From Aplysia californica (taxonomy: Eukaryota): a stretch of 64,000 nucleotides of DNA. The stretch covers positions 398,462-462,461 of the forward strand of contig NW_004797893.1 in NCBI RefSeq assembly GCF_000002075.1, written 5' to 3'. Shown here piece after piece: positions 10,271-22,900 of the stretch (its first letter is position 1; every line of letters starts with the position of its first letter). Under the pieces are notes generated by a model. The model did no database searches and was not told where the DNA came from. It saw only the letters and a program-made list of their open reading frames with translations. Position numbers and translations under genes: made by a program.

Positions 10271-13200
10271 TGGGTTTTATCTATTCAGACTCGGGTCTGA
10301 ATAAAAATGTTTTATTTATTCGGACTCAGCTTCTAAGTGAGTTATCAAGTTATGTGAGTGTTATGGGGTTACATAATATAACTGTCATTGGGGGATTTTA
10401 CGTAAAACCAGAATTAAAACTAGAACTAGAATCTAGAATAATTACCTACTAGAACTGTGTAATTGTGTCAAAATCAAAAGACTCCTATGGCAGTGTCTAA
10501 GAACATGGTCACCAACAAACCAGGCTCAGGGTCTTTCCACCACAACTGCAGCATCATCATTACTTCCACCACCATTTGTCTTTCCACATATTTAATTTCA
10601 TTTTGTTGTGTGTTATAGTTTTTCTGTAATTAAATTTTTTTATCACATCGCACAAAATGGACAGCTGTGGCCTCTTCCCAACAGCTCCCCTCCCCCCCAC
10701 CCCCCNNNNNNNNNNNNNNNNNNNNNNNNNNNNNNNNNNNNNNNNNNNNNNNNNNNNNNNNNNNNNNNNNNNNNNNNNNNNNNNNNNNNNNNNNNNNNNN
10801 NNNNNTGTCACTCAATCAAACAAATACGCATCCATGTGCAAACAGCACCGGCATGAAATGCCCTCCACAGACAATAATATATGCACGGGACAGCCTTTCC
10901 ACATCACATGTCTTAGCTACGTGTGGTGCTTCACTTTGCGTCTCCATATAAACTTGTGGGACCCCCTCCTCTCCCCTCCCCCCCTTGCAAGCTGAGAGTG
11001 CATGATCGCTACGCGATGTCATTGGTCAACATAATTAACTTTGTCCCCGGCAAGGTCAACTGTACGCTCTGTTCGTACTAGATGCAGGGAGGACCAGTTT
11101 ACTGTTTAGATAGGTCTAGTAACTGGATATTTAAGCTCATGTCTCGATTGTTCTCAAGGTGTATAATCAAAAAATTTTCATAAATGCTGGAAATATTTGG
11201 GAACAAGGATCAGAAGTCGTTACGGACGTCATGCTGGACTCAACTCTTGAGTCCGAATATAATTTTTGTCTATATAATAAAAGTCATCGTTTTGGAAAAA
11301 TTTTCCGGGCGTGTACGTCTCCCCTTTTTAAGTAAGTAGGTCTTGGATCTTGGACTATTGAGTTACTCAAACTCGAACTGTGCCGACAGTAGCTCTTTTA
11401 TTTTGTACACAGAACAGACTGTAGTCTGTAGTGGGAAAACACAAAGGCTGCCGATTTCTGTCACTTTACCACTATGCGCAGTAAGTTATAGAAATCAAAC
11501 TTATACGATTACTACAACCGCACAGAGACACGGCTTGCTCTCTGCGCCAATCTGGAAGACGTTATTGGGAGTCAACTCCCCACAATGTCAACTAGTTTGG
11601 GAGTCGATTCCCATAATGTCACCAGGTTATTCGGAGTCGATTGCCCATTTAATCAGTTGATGTTATTGGTAGGGACAAAAACGCAATTATGTTTTACTTT
11701 GAAGGGCTTTGTCGAGGTTCCTTCTCAAAATTACGAAAGCTGATTTGATCGACTTTAAAAAAAAAAAAGATAAAAGTAATGAAGTAATCTTCTTTGCATT
11801 CCGTAGTTTGAGTTTCCACTGTGGACAAGCACGGCTTTCTCCGTACCGGTCTACCTTTGTTTTGTTTTTTTCATGTGCCTGTGTCACGGTAAGGGATGAA
11901 GAGGAAAAACATAACGATTTCATTTCGCATGTGTTTTGAATGAAAGAAAAGAAAAGAAAGGAAAGAACCTAGAACCCAAAAACTTACCTTTGTCACCCCC
12001 CCCCNNNNNNNNNNNNNNNNNNNNNNNNNNNNNNNNNNNNNNNNNNNNNNNNNNNNNNNNNNNNNNNNNNNNNNNNNNNNNNNNNNNNNNNNNNNNNNNN
12101 NNNNCCCCCCCAGTTGTTCACATATTTTGCTATTATTTTTTAATTTAATGTGAACTATGGATGTGGATGCCTTGATTTCCACTGTATGCAGTCTCCCGTA
12201 TGGGGTAAAAGAGATATGAAATTTTACGCAAATCGAATAAGCCTAATCATTGTGGAGAGAAATCGCCATTGAGGGTAAAAAAAAAAAAAAAAGTAAGTAG
12301 GTATCATTTGCATGCCAATTCGTTTCTTCCTTAATTTTAGAAGAACGATATCCAAGAAACAAGCTAAGCAGTAAATTACTAGTTAGGTCTACATCACCTC
12401 TGCCTCGGTGGCTGGTAGAGAGGCAGCATTGAAAAAAAAGAAGGTAGGAATTCCGGCATTCTCCGGTTTTGGTACCAAGAGTACTGGATATTGATACTGA
12501 CTTTATTACTCGGTATCAATGTTGTATCCGAAAGAGAGCTAGAGATGCGGTGCTATTTTTCAGCACAAATTGAGTAGTAATATTTCACATGTCTTTAACA
12601 AGGAGGTGGGTGTGGGTATAGGGGGCTTGCCCCCCTGACCTTATAACATAGGGGTTTCAGGGGGGCATGTGAATTCAACCATAATTTGATGTTTTGTAAT
12701 TCAAACATCATATTGGCGCACACGTCAAAAAGTAATCATTCAGAATTGTTGAACGAGAAGTAATTTCAGTGAAGTCAAAACTCGCACTCCATTGTTATCG
12801 TTGGGGCCAGTACCGGGTTATCCTGGAATTCCGTAACGAGGGACTACTATGAAATTTAGTTTGAAGTTTAGGATTTAGTTAGGCCTAAGCTAGTGTTAGG
12901 GTTAATAGGAAGGGTTTTTGGGGTGGTCGCATATCACGGAAGTCCTTTAAAAATAAAAAAGAATCACTGTTGACAATCACTGGCAAGAGCCAATCATTTT
13001 TAGGCAGTAACTTCCGCAGACCATGGAAGTCCGAAATGACTGTAAGAAAAAAAAACAGTGTGTGAATGTCTCGAATGCCAGAATATTATTGACTTTTACT
13101 TTAGAGGCAACATCATTGTATTTATTTCTTAAAGACCAAGACATGGTGCAGGGGGGTGTTTTCAAGCGATCTTTTTCAGACAAAAATAAAACCTGACCTA

Positions 13201-13957
13201 ATCTTGAAATTTAACTTACAACAGTTTGCGGCTGCACTTTTAGGACGTATCGCCGGTATATATATATATATATATATCGACAAGAATTCTCACCCTTTGC
13301 AGACATATCGCCGATATATCGGTTCTGTTAGAGTGCCCCATTGTTAATTTCCTCACAACACCTGCTAGAGTAAAAAATACTCTACAATGAGTTGAGTACA
13401 TGAGTTCAGTTCGTACCCTCCTGCTAAGAGCCATCTTCCTTTAAGTCTCCCAGCTTTGGGGGGGGGGGGGGGAGTCTTTGCCACTATACATAACACAGTC
13501 TGCCCTGGGATGGAGTATTTCAAACCTTGTCTATGCTGCTGCTTCTTAAATGTCTGGGATAAGGTCACCAGTGGGGGGGGGGGGGGGGGGGAGGAAATTC
13601 CCGAACAGGCTTGTAGAGATATCTTCCAAAGAAACAACATGATGATCCCAAGGCAACACCACTGATCCATGTTGGACATTGGCATATATTTCCCCTCAAC
13701 ACCATGTATTATAAAAGAAGAAAAAGTTAAAATGTAATAAAAGTAGGGCCTAAGTGGCTTTGACTGACTTTGAGGGAATGTGTGTAGCTCTCGGCACAAA
13801 GTCTGTAATTTCTCTTTTTCGCTCTGATTGTCATTTTGTTCTCTTATTTCGACATCATTATCTTTAAAGATTTTTTAAGTCCTTGGTGTAAAATAATGAA
13901 AAACAATATTTTTGTCTTTCACAGGTTCACAGATAAAATTGTACAAACCATTACGCA

Positions 13958-13999
13958 ATGCCTGCAAAGAAAGCACAAAGAACCAAGGGCAATGTTAAG
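13958..13999 (+). CDS. LTN1: LTN1 coding exon 1
   Basis: [14 protein letters not shown]; acceptor AG at 13923-13924, GT donor at 14000. Confidence 0.92.
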
Positions 14000-16900
14000 G
14001 TTTGTTGTTTGGTATATTAATAATTTATTAATCAAGTGGCAGTTAAACAATTAATCCAAAATGGTTTTTAAACTTTATTTAAGAAGCTATAAAACAATCT
14101 TCAAAGCAAGTCCTTTTCAGTTCATGAAAGTGTCGTAGCCATAGCCTGCGCGAGGGCCTTGAGTTCGGTTTCATGAATTGAAAATATTAATTAGTTCAAC
14201 TCTAGCCTCAGTTAAAATTTAAGCTTCACGCTGCACCATATATTAAGCACTGATATCCTGTACTTTTATTTGATGCTCATATTTTTCTGTTGTTTGTAAT
14301 CTGGGGAATATCAATGCATCTTTCACCAGCCTTCCAGTAGTAGCCAAGCTGCCCAACTCTTAGCTGCTTCAGGACAGGCTCCAAGTGGTTTCATCGGCTT
14401 CTCGAGCCAGCCAGCATTTGTACCAGCCAGCGAAATTTTTGAGGAATGTGATTCCAATTTGGATGCTGATTTCAGGCTGGTGCTGAGAAAGTTTTCAAAG
14501 CGTGACACTACCACAAAGATCAAGGTTAGTGAATCCTGAAAATGCTTTTTATGTATATCATTTTCCTTGATAGCTATAAATATTCTCATTTAAGTGTATG
14601 ATACAGGAAATTGCTGATGTGTTTTAAGCTTTTTGATGTAAGAAATACGATCGAACCTGTCTTGCCGGAATCTACCCACTCCCCTCTTTGATAAATTCCT
14701 CTATAATACATCTGTCTAAGATGGAAACTTTCATAACCATGGGCTCTAACCTTCACATCACACCGCCAGGCGAGGAAGTAGAGAAAAGATGTGGTTTAGG
14801 GCTAGCTGTTACTATGTGTTACCCCACCTCTGTGAGCCCTGAGTGGTGCAGATGGGCAGGGCTGTGCAGGTGTGAAATTTCACCACTTGTATTGTCAAAA
14901 GAAAAAAAACATCAGCACGTGTGAATAGATTAGATATCCTTCAGTGAGGCTGTGGCAAAAATTTATTTTTATCTTGAAATTTGGGCTCGGTATTCTTTTC
15001 TTATGTCAGAAGTTTGCTGTTTGTATAACTTTTGTTCCTGGATATCTGTACAGGAAGAGTATCATATGGATAAATGGCCATTAGCAGTGGTTTATGTAAC
15101 CAATGGGTCGAACTCATAATTAAAAAATTATGGGTTTGATTTCTATCTGAGTCTCGGATCGATGTTGTGTTCAACGGGGAAAGATCTTTAACAAGTTAAG
15201 AGTCCTGTCTAGTATCATTTGTCCTGTTCTGCTACATGCTTTAAATAAGTAGGCTTGAAGTCTGGTTCTTTTTATAGCCTTTGAAGGGATATCTTTTCAT
15301 GAGCATATTTGTTTATTATGTAGCATGTATTTTTCTTTATCAAATGGGATAATGTTGTGTGCTTTGTCCTATATGGGGCCGCATTGTCAAATCAAGTTAC
15401 TGATTTTTAGTAAGCCTTTGAGGCTAGGGCAGTTATCAGGTATTGAATTTTCCTTTAAAAAAAAAAAAAAATCAAATTTAGATGTTTTGGCATTTCTCTC
15501 ACAGGCGCTTCATGAGTTCTGCAGTCTATGTGGTACCAAGGATGAGGAATGTGTCAAAGCTGTTGTGCCCTTTTGGCCCAGAATCTACAACAAACTGGCC
15601 ATTGTGAGACACAAGATATTATTTTCTGCCTGTTGTAATTATTAGAAACGGCTGTTAATATCGTAATATGTAAATGAGTATAGCATTGTCTGTGACTATC
15701 TGTTTTATGTGTGTGGAACTTGTCAATTGTCTATAAATTGAATGGCTTCTGTACTGTCACTTTTAAAAGTGAAACTAGTTGTATTTTTTTTCTATCTTTC
15801 TTTTATTTTAACGGTATTTTTGTAGTTGTTTTTCACTTCCACCCGTGTGTCTATGAATTTACAGCAGAATGTTTTTAAAAATTAGGTATAACGGAATTGG
15901 CATTGTTATGTGGACAGATTTGTGATGAAATGGGACTTGTCTATTTTTCTGATATTGAGATATTGAGATATATATATATATATATGTTGTCAAGGTTTAA
16001 ATGAAGATTTTTATTTTTCACATAAGTGGTAAATAATCCAGACTTAATTTGTTTTAAGAGTATAGATTATATAAAATTAAGCTGATATTTATTGAATAAT
16101 GACATTTATGGTGTTTTCCTTTGAATTGATGAGGTCTTCATAAATATTTTTTTTAATGCTACATATACACAACGTGTTGTTTGTTTTTTAACTATAAAAT
16201 AGTAGAGACTTTATCAAATTAATTTGTTTTTCTTTTTCAATACAAAAGAATTTCATAAATGTTTCTCCTGTTCAGGATGTGGACCACAAAGTGCGTGAGT
16301 TGTCTCAGACGGCGCTGTCAGTGCTCGCCGCTCGAGCTGGAAAAAGCATCGCTCCGCAGTTAAAGACGATCATGGGCAGCTGGCTAGTGAGCCAGTGTGA
16401 CACTTACCCCACCGTAGCTTCGGCGGCTACTTCAGCCTTTGAGGCTACCTTCTCTGGTGCTAAACAAGGAGAGGCTTTGCGCTTTTGCAAGACAGAAATC
16501 ATGCAGGTAAGAAGATAATAGTGTCTGCATTGATCGCATTATTGTTGTCTTGGAAGTGACTAAAGCATGTAATTAGTGTTAATGCCTATTAAATGGTATT
16601 GAAGAATGCAGATCTTTAATTTCAGCACAGAACATTTAGAATGATAACACATGCTTGTTGCTCAAGCTTCTACTGAAAGTGGCGGGATGATGTCACAAGT
16701 TGCTCCTACAACTGCACAATCTCTTTTGTTTCTGATTTGCTTTTTCCAAAGAGTAAATGTGAATCGTGGTGAAATCAGGCACTCTTCAAAGCGAAGAGAT
16801 CTGCATTTTTCCACTGGTTTGGCAATTTTGATGGGGTTTTTTTTTTTTTTTTTGCTCAGCACCTTTTGTGTCCATTTCAAAACATTTCTGTGTGGATTTT

Positions 16901-19900
16901 ACTGAAAAATTTAGATCAAAAGCACCAAAAATGAAGTTACAGTTTCAAAGGACTCTAAAGCTATGAAAGTCACCAAACTTGGGCAGTCATTTTCTCGCTA
17001 ATTTTACTTCTGAAACCAGGCAAATCCCACGTCCTTAAATAGCAAATATCTCGATGTTTCGTGATGGATGGGTAATTTTTTAGTCGAAAACAAGACTAGT
17101 GAACAAGCTTAAAATTGATACCATTATCTCCACATACCCGAAAAGTGATGAGAGCCTGATCCCACCGCATTGTAACACAAATGAATATTTTCCTAGCACT
17201 GTGCTTCTCTTCAACTCTAAAAACTGCAAGACTTTAAATTGTGATGTTTAATCGTTTCCACAGTGCCTCCTTTCAAATGTTCTTAAACAGACCCCTCAAA
17301 CCCTGAGTGACCCACTGTAAGTATTTGACCTTTTTACTCTTCTTAGACTTCTGAAAGATATTTTTTTCAATCTCAAAAATGTTTTTATTATTTACACTAT
17401 TTTCGTTGAGTTTTCATATTACTCTCTTGTAGTTGGGAGAATTTTAGATAATGGCTCTTCTGGAAAAGAGGAGGATGTCATCAGCCCAAAAGGAGTTTAA
17501 TTCCTGTGCTTCTTTTGACTGCTGAATTAGAAGTAGCAAGAGCAGTCTTGAGATACCTGTGGAGTTATTTTTTGAAAGTCTTGTGGGGAAAATGCCACTC
17601 AAAAACACCAGTTGAAACTTTCGTTAATGATCTAGGAGGGTTTTAAGCAGTTTTGAACTATAAGAAGGTACAAATTTCCTGTTTTCTTTATCACCAATGT
17701 GTTTTTGTTTTTTTCCACTGACAGGACGACCAGCCAAGAAGACATGGAGTCCAAGTACTTGCGAGTGGTCTCTTCAAGCCTCCAAGCCATACGTAAGCTC
17801 ATGTCTGGCCTCACTGCTGAGTCGCTAGGTTCATTGACCCCCCAGCTGTCTGAGCTCCTCTCCAGTGGTGCTTTCTGGAAACATGCCAAGTCCACCATCC
17901 CGATGGTAAGTCCATTGTTACCTTTCTAGTCCTGGTACTGGTTGCGGTACACTTCTTTTTGATCAATCTAAAACTTGTTTTTAGTATCTAAATTCCAAGC
18001 CGGACCAATAAAATCTTAAGGATTTGAAAAGCTAATAGATGGATTGATTTGTTTGCTCCTCAGGTCAAGACAGGTGTCCTGAGTGTGTTATCTGCCGTGT
18101 GCCAACTCTGCCCAGATGTGTCTGCTTTGTTCTTGGCTAAAATCTGTCCCTTGGTTGTCTCATGCCTCAACTCTTCAGACCCCAGCCTTATGGCGCAAAG
18201 CTGGGAAGCCATTCTGTCTGTGGCCCATACACACAATGTGAGTTCAGTTATTTTTGGACGTTCTGATTCAGAAGTGTGCAGTTTTGCCTGATTTTTAGAA
18301 TTCTGTAAATTGGGGGGAAAAAATTTAGTCTGTCAGTTTGCGTCCTCAATTAGATTGTCAATATTTTTTTTTCTTTCTGTTGAAAGTATTGTTCATTTGT
18401 TTATCATTCCGCCTGTGGCTAATTTAACCAATGTATGTCAGAAAATATTGGTGGCCGAGAGTGCAAAGAAATTGTTATATATAGTGTCTTTAAAATTTGT
18501 CCTCCTATTACCTCCCAACACATGTTTGCTGTTGAAGTAGTTGTCAAAGCTTCTCTTGTTTTCAACATTTGATGATAGAAGCACTGAGGAGAAGTAGTAT
18601 TCCTGTATTGAGACTGACAGTTTTGGCCATAGGATATTTCAAAATTGTTGAACTTTCTTTCTCTCTGTTCACTCAGACTTTTTATGTGATAACTATATTG
18701 CTCATGTGTTTTTAACCATCAGAATTGTTGGGATTACGTCAACTGGCAGAAAGCAGTGTGGCCCTCACTCAAAGGTGTCTTGGAAAATGGTTGTTCCGGA
18801 CAAGCAACTGTGATATCTCCCTGCCTTCTGCCACTACTCAGCACTTTGCCAGAGAAAAACTTTGAACAGTTTTTCAGTGCTTTTAGATTGGGGTAAATAT
18901 ATCTGCTTATCAAATCCTTTTTAGCGAAAATTTAAAGAGGGATCATTCAACCCTTCTTATGGGGATCCTTATGTTCGTCTCTGTTTTCTGTTATTCCAAA
19001 AAATGAGATATACATTTGGTTACTTTGATACCAGCTGGTTTGTATAATGTTGAAGGTGTTTTGCTCAGCAACTTTAAACGAAACAACTCTGTTCTTTTCT
19101 AAATTATTTGGATTGCCTTAGTGTAGGGTTGTATATTACCCAATGAGCCAAAAAGTAATTTTCGATACCAGAAATAGTAGCAGCATCTATTCTTTTGTTA
19201 CCTTCCCTCAATACATGTCTGCTGTCATTGCCTTTACTATCATATTACTAATTTTTCTTCTTTCTTTTCTACCGCTGTGTCAACAGTTTGAATGAAGACA
19301 GTGTACTAAACAGTCCTTCCGCGTGTGCTGCGCTTGTGCGCAGCTTTTTTGAGTGCTTGCAGTACAGTCTCAAGTTCATCGCGGGATCTGCTTCAGATGA
19401 AAATAAGTTGTCAAAGATTAAAAGCATAACTGAAGACCAGGTAGGTAACTCTTAATGGCAAAGATGTTATTTATGTTCATTTTTAATGTGATCTGAGACC
19501 TGTAGTGATTTATATTGACTTTTCCTTTTGAAAAAAGGGCCTTTTTAAAATTTTTGTAAGAGTTTTAACGGTACTTGCAACACAACCAAATGCTTGGGCT
19601 TCATATCAGCATGTATGGAATTTTGAGGAGATGACTGATTGAGAGTTGTTTACGTGGTTGGCTGAACCCAACTGTCTTGAGATTCCCCTCAGTTTTACCG
19701 TATTTCCCGTGAGTGGTCGGTAGGAAGCTTTGTTACTCCTTTTTTTCCCCCAAGTGGGGCTGATTTTTTAAATCTTTCCGTGTCTAAATGAGACTTATAT
19801 TTTGCTAATTTTTTTGTAAACTAACAATAGGCCTATATATATGATATGAATCCTGACCGTCGATATTCTGGTTCTAGGCTCAAAACAAAATCATTTTTAT

Positions 19901-22900
19901 ATAGTTTATATATATAATATATGCAGGCGAATATGATGAAGGGAAAATATTATGTCGCTCAAGACCCAAGGCGCCACCACTTTCTGTACGTAATCAAGAT
20001 TGTAAATATTTTGTATGTGGCTCTAAAATTATCTCCCAAACCCTCAAATTGGTGTGAAATAACCTTGCTTTGATAAATTAATGGTTTTTATTTCTGCATT
20101 CTGGGGTTCAACAGTATAGTATAATAATAATGGGTGTTTTGTGAAAATGGGCTTCTGTGGCGATCACCCGTAAAGTTCCTCCTTTTTTAGAATTCTGAGT
20201 TGAGACCCATGATCAGAGGATAGCAATGTGTTTATGTTTCCTCCATCGTATTGAAAAGCGTGAACTTTCCTCTATGACATTTGATTCCTTGGCAAAGCCC
20301 ATATTCACATTTCAGGATATGTTAACTCTACAAATGCCTATTTAGGCAACCTCACCCGCCACCCTACTGTCTCTAGAAGCAACTCCATACTGTAAGGTGT
20401 ACAGTGTGTGTAGCTTTGAGTACTCATGGTTGGATGGATCTTTGTGTGAAGCCACCACTGAACATTATGAGCGACATGTTAAAATGTGGCGAGTCCATAG
20501 GAAGACATATAGAGCACTAGTTCTTGGAATTCCTGAATTAAAAAAAAAATTGTAACTCTGTAAGAGAAAAGAATTAATATTATTGGGTAAATGTTACAGT
20601 GATGGAAAGATTAGATTTTAAAAAGAAAAGGAAGAAAAAAAACAATAAACCAATCATTTCATGACTCTCCTTAAATTACAAGATCTTTTAAATTGGTTCA
20701 ATTTGTGTTTATAGGGTTGTTGTTTTTATAAAAGCCATTTTCGTTTTTGAAAACAAGTTTCTTCTTTATGAATTTTATGTCAAACAAATTCCCTTTGAAT
20801 GAATTCTGTTCCAAACCACAAGATTCTAGATCTATAGTACAAATTTTGTGCGAGATATTCAGAAAAATAGTTGTTCCGTTTTTTGGGAGTTTTTTTCTTT
20901 TTTATTTTGATCACCCTACATTTTATAGTGCTGTCAAATGAGCTAAACATTTTTCAGTGTTCAGAGATTATGCAGAAGACTTTCTCCTTACTTTAAAGTC
21001 TCTTTAATCTTTCATTTCTTGTGTTGAATAGTCTTGTCTAATATCTAAAAGATTTAGTTTAAATACTTGACAAGTGATACCTTGACATTACTGTTATATG
21101 GCATGTAAATTTGTAACTTTTTTTGATTTTTGAATATTAATTGGAACCTCGTTATTTTAAGTTTTTGAAGACTGTACGGATTGTTTTGTCGCAGGTTTTT
21201 GTTTTTTCAAATTATTGAGGGATTGTGCCTGCAAAAATATGCCCAATTATGGTGATGAGCTTTTTCTCTTCCCTGTTCTGTCATGAATAATGCTGATATT
21301 TTCTAAGTTATTACTATTATGTTAACTCCTGAAATATTACAACTGTATTGTGCTGTGGTCAAATTGTTATACAGTAGTCTCTGCCTTAGATCCCACCCTC
21401 TTATGGTCCTGGTTCACCTAAGATCACGCTGTTTTGGAAAAACATAATTTTTACTATGAATAAAAGTCACCTCTAAGATCCTGATCTGACCCGCTCTAAA
21501 GGTGCTGCATTCGGCCAAGATCCTGCTTTTCAGGTCATAATTTAGTTTTTGGGTTTTGTTGGGTTTTTTTAAAGAAAAAAAAAGAGAATAAGAAACCTGG
21601 CCGCGCTTAGCTGATCAAACAAGTAGCGAAAATGTGCAATCATTGTACAGTCTGTGGCGTCACGGATCATACATTCTCCTGAACGCAATCATACCTCTCT
21701 TGTAAATCTCAATAAACGATTACAATGTTTGCCCCGAATGGGATCGCACCAAGGTGTGAACTCATTGACGCGTTGCTGTCCCCGATCATCTGAGCCGTCT
21801 TCTTGATCTTACATCACACACCAGGTGGGGAGGGCTTACAAGCTAGCATCAGACTGCATTCCATCAAACTGTGAACTCGTGGATGCTTACGTTTCCCCGA
21901 CCATCGCTCTCTTTCAGTTTTGTGCTCTAACTTCCTGGACAGACTGGCGCCCATACTCGTGGACTATCTGTACACCTTTGCGTATTGTGGTCATCTGTTG
22001 GCAGTGAAACTACCTTTATTTTTTTTATTAGTCGGTGTGGTCACAACTCAACGATTTATGATGCATCATGACATGGGCGGGGAACCTTGTCAGAGATGGA
22101 AAGCAATAAATTTTGGTGGGGGGCACTGCCTGAAGCCTACTGGTTCCCACCTAACACAGTATTTTTAAAAAGCTCCACCCCCCTTCCCCATACAAAAGAA
22201 AGGGAAAAACTTACTCCTGAAAAGGACTTTTAGTGCCCAGGAGTCACTCATTTTAAAGTAAGGGCAGATCATTGTACAGATGTTGGGACTCACCATGAGT
22301 TACTGTGGATTCTTCCCTCTGGCAAATCGGCTAAGATCCCGGTTCGCCTAAGATCCCGCTTTTTCCCGAGCACCGGGATCTTAGGTGGAGACTACTGTAG
22401 TAGTGTAATCTGTCTCAGAGACTAAACTATTGCTAAAGATCTCCCTGCCCTCTGAATCTTAGCTCTTTGATTGTCCTCAGATGATTGTGGTAGTGCAGGC
22501 ATCCCTCACCCACCCGAAGCCAGCTTTGTCAAGAACGGAACTATATAGTCTCATTGGGACCGTGCTGTCAGCCTTATGCGACCTTGACCCTCGTGAGGAG
22601 GATACTGTGTGGTCAGACCTGTCTGCCTTCATCGTATCTCACCTGGTCCTTCAGTTCAAACCCCCAGCCCAGGATGGTGAAAAGGAAGTGAAGAAGCCTT
22701 CACCTCAGATCTTTCAACGACTTTCTCTCCTGGCACGAGGCATTGTATATCAGGAAACTGTTTCCACTTCAAAAAGAGAACGAGTTCGATTTGTGCAAAA
22801 AGAGAAAGAACCGTCGGGCAAATCAGATGTGTCAATTCCTCAGAAACAGCAAATGTCATCAGCAGCAGAGAATTTTTATTCAGATCTCCTGGTTGCTTCT

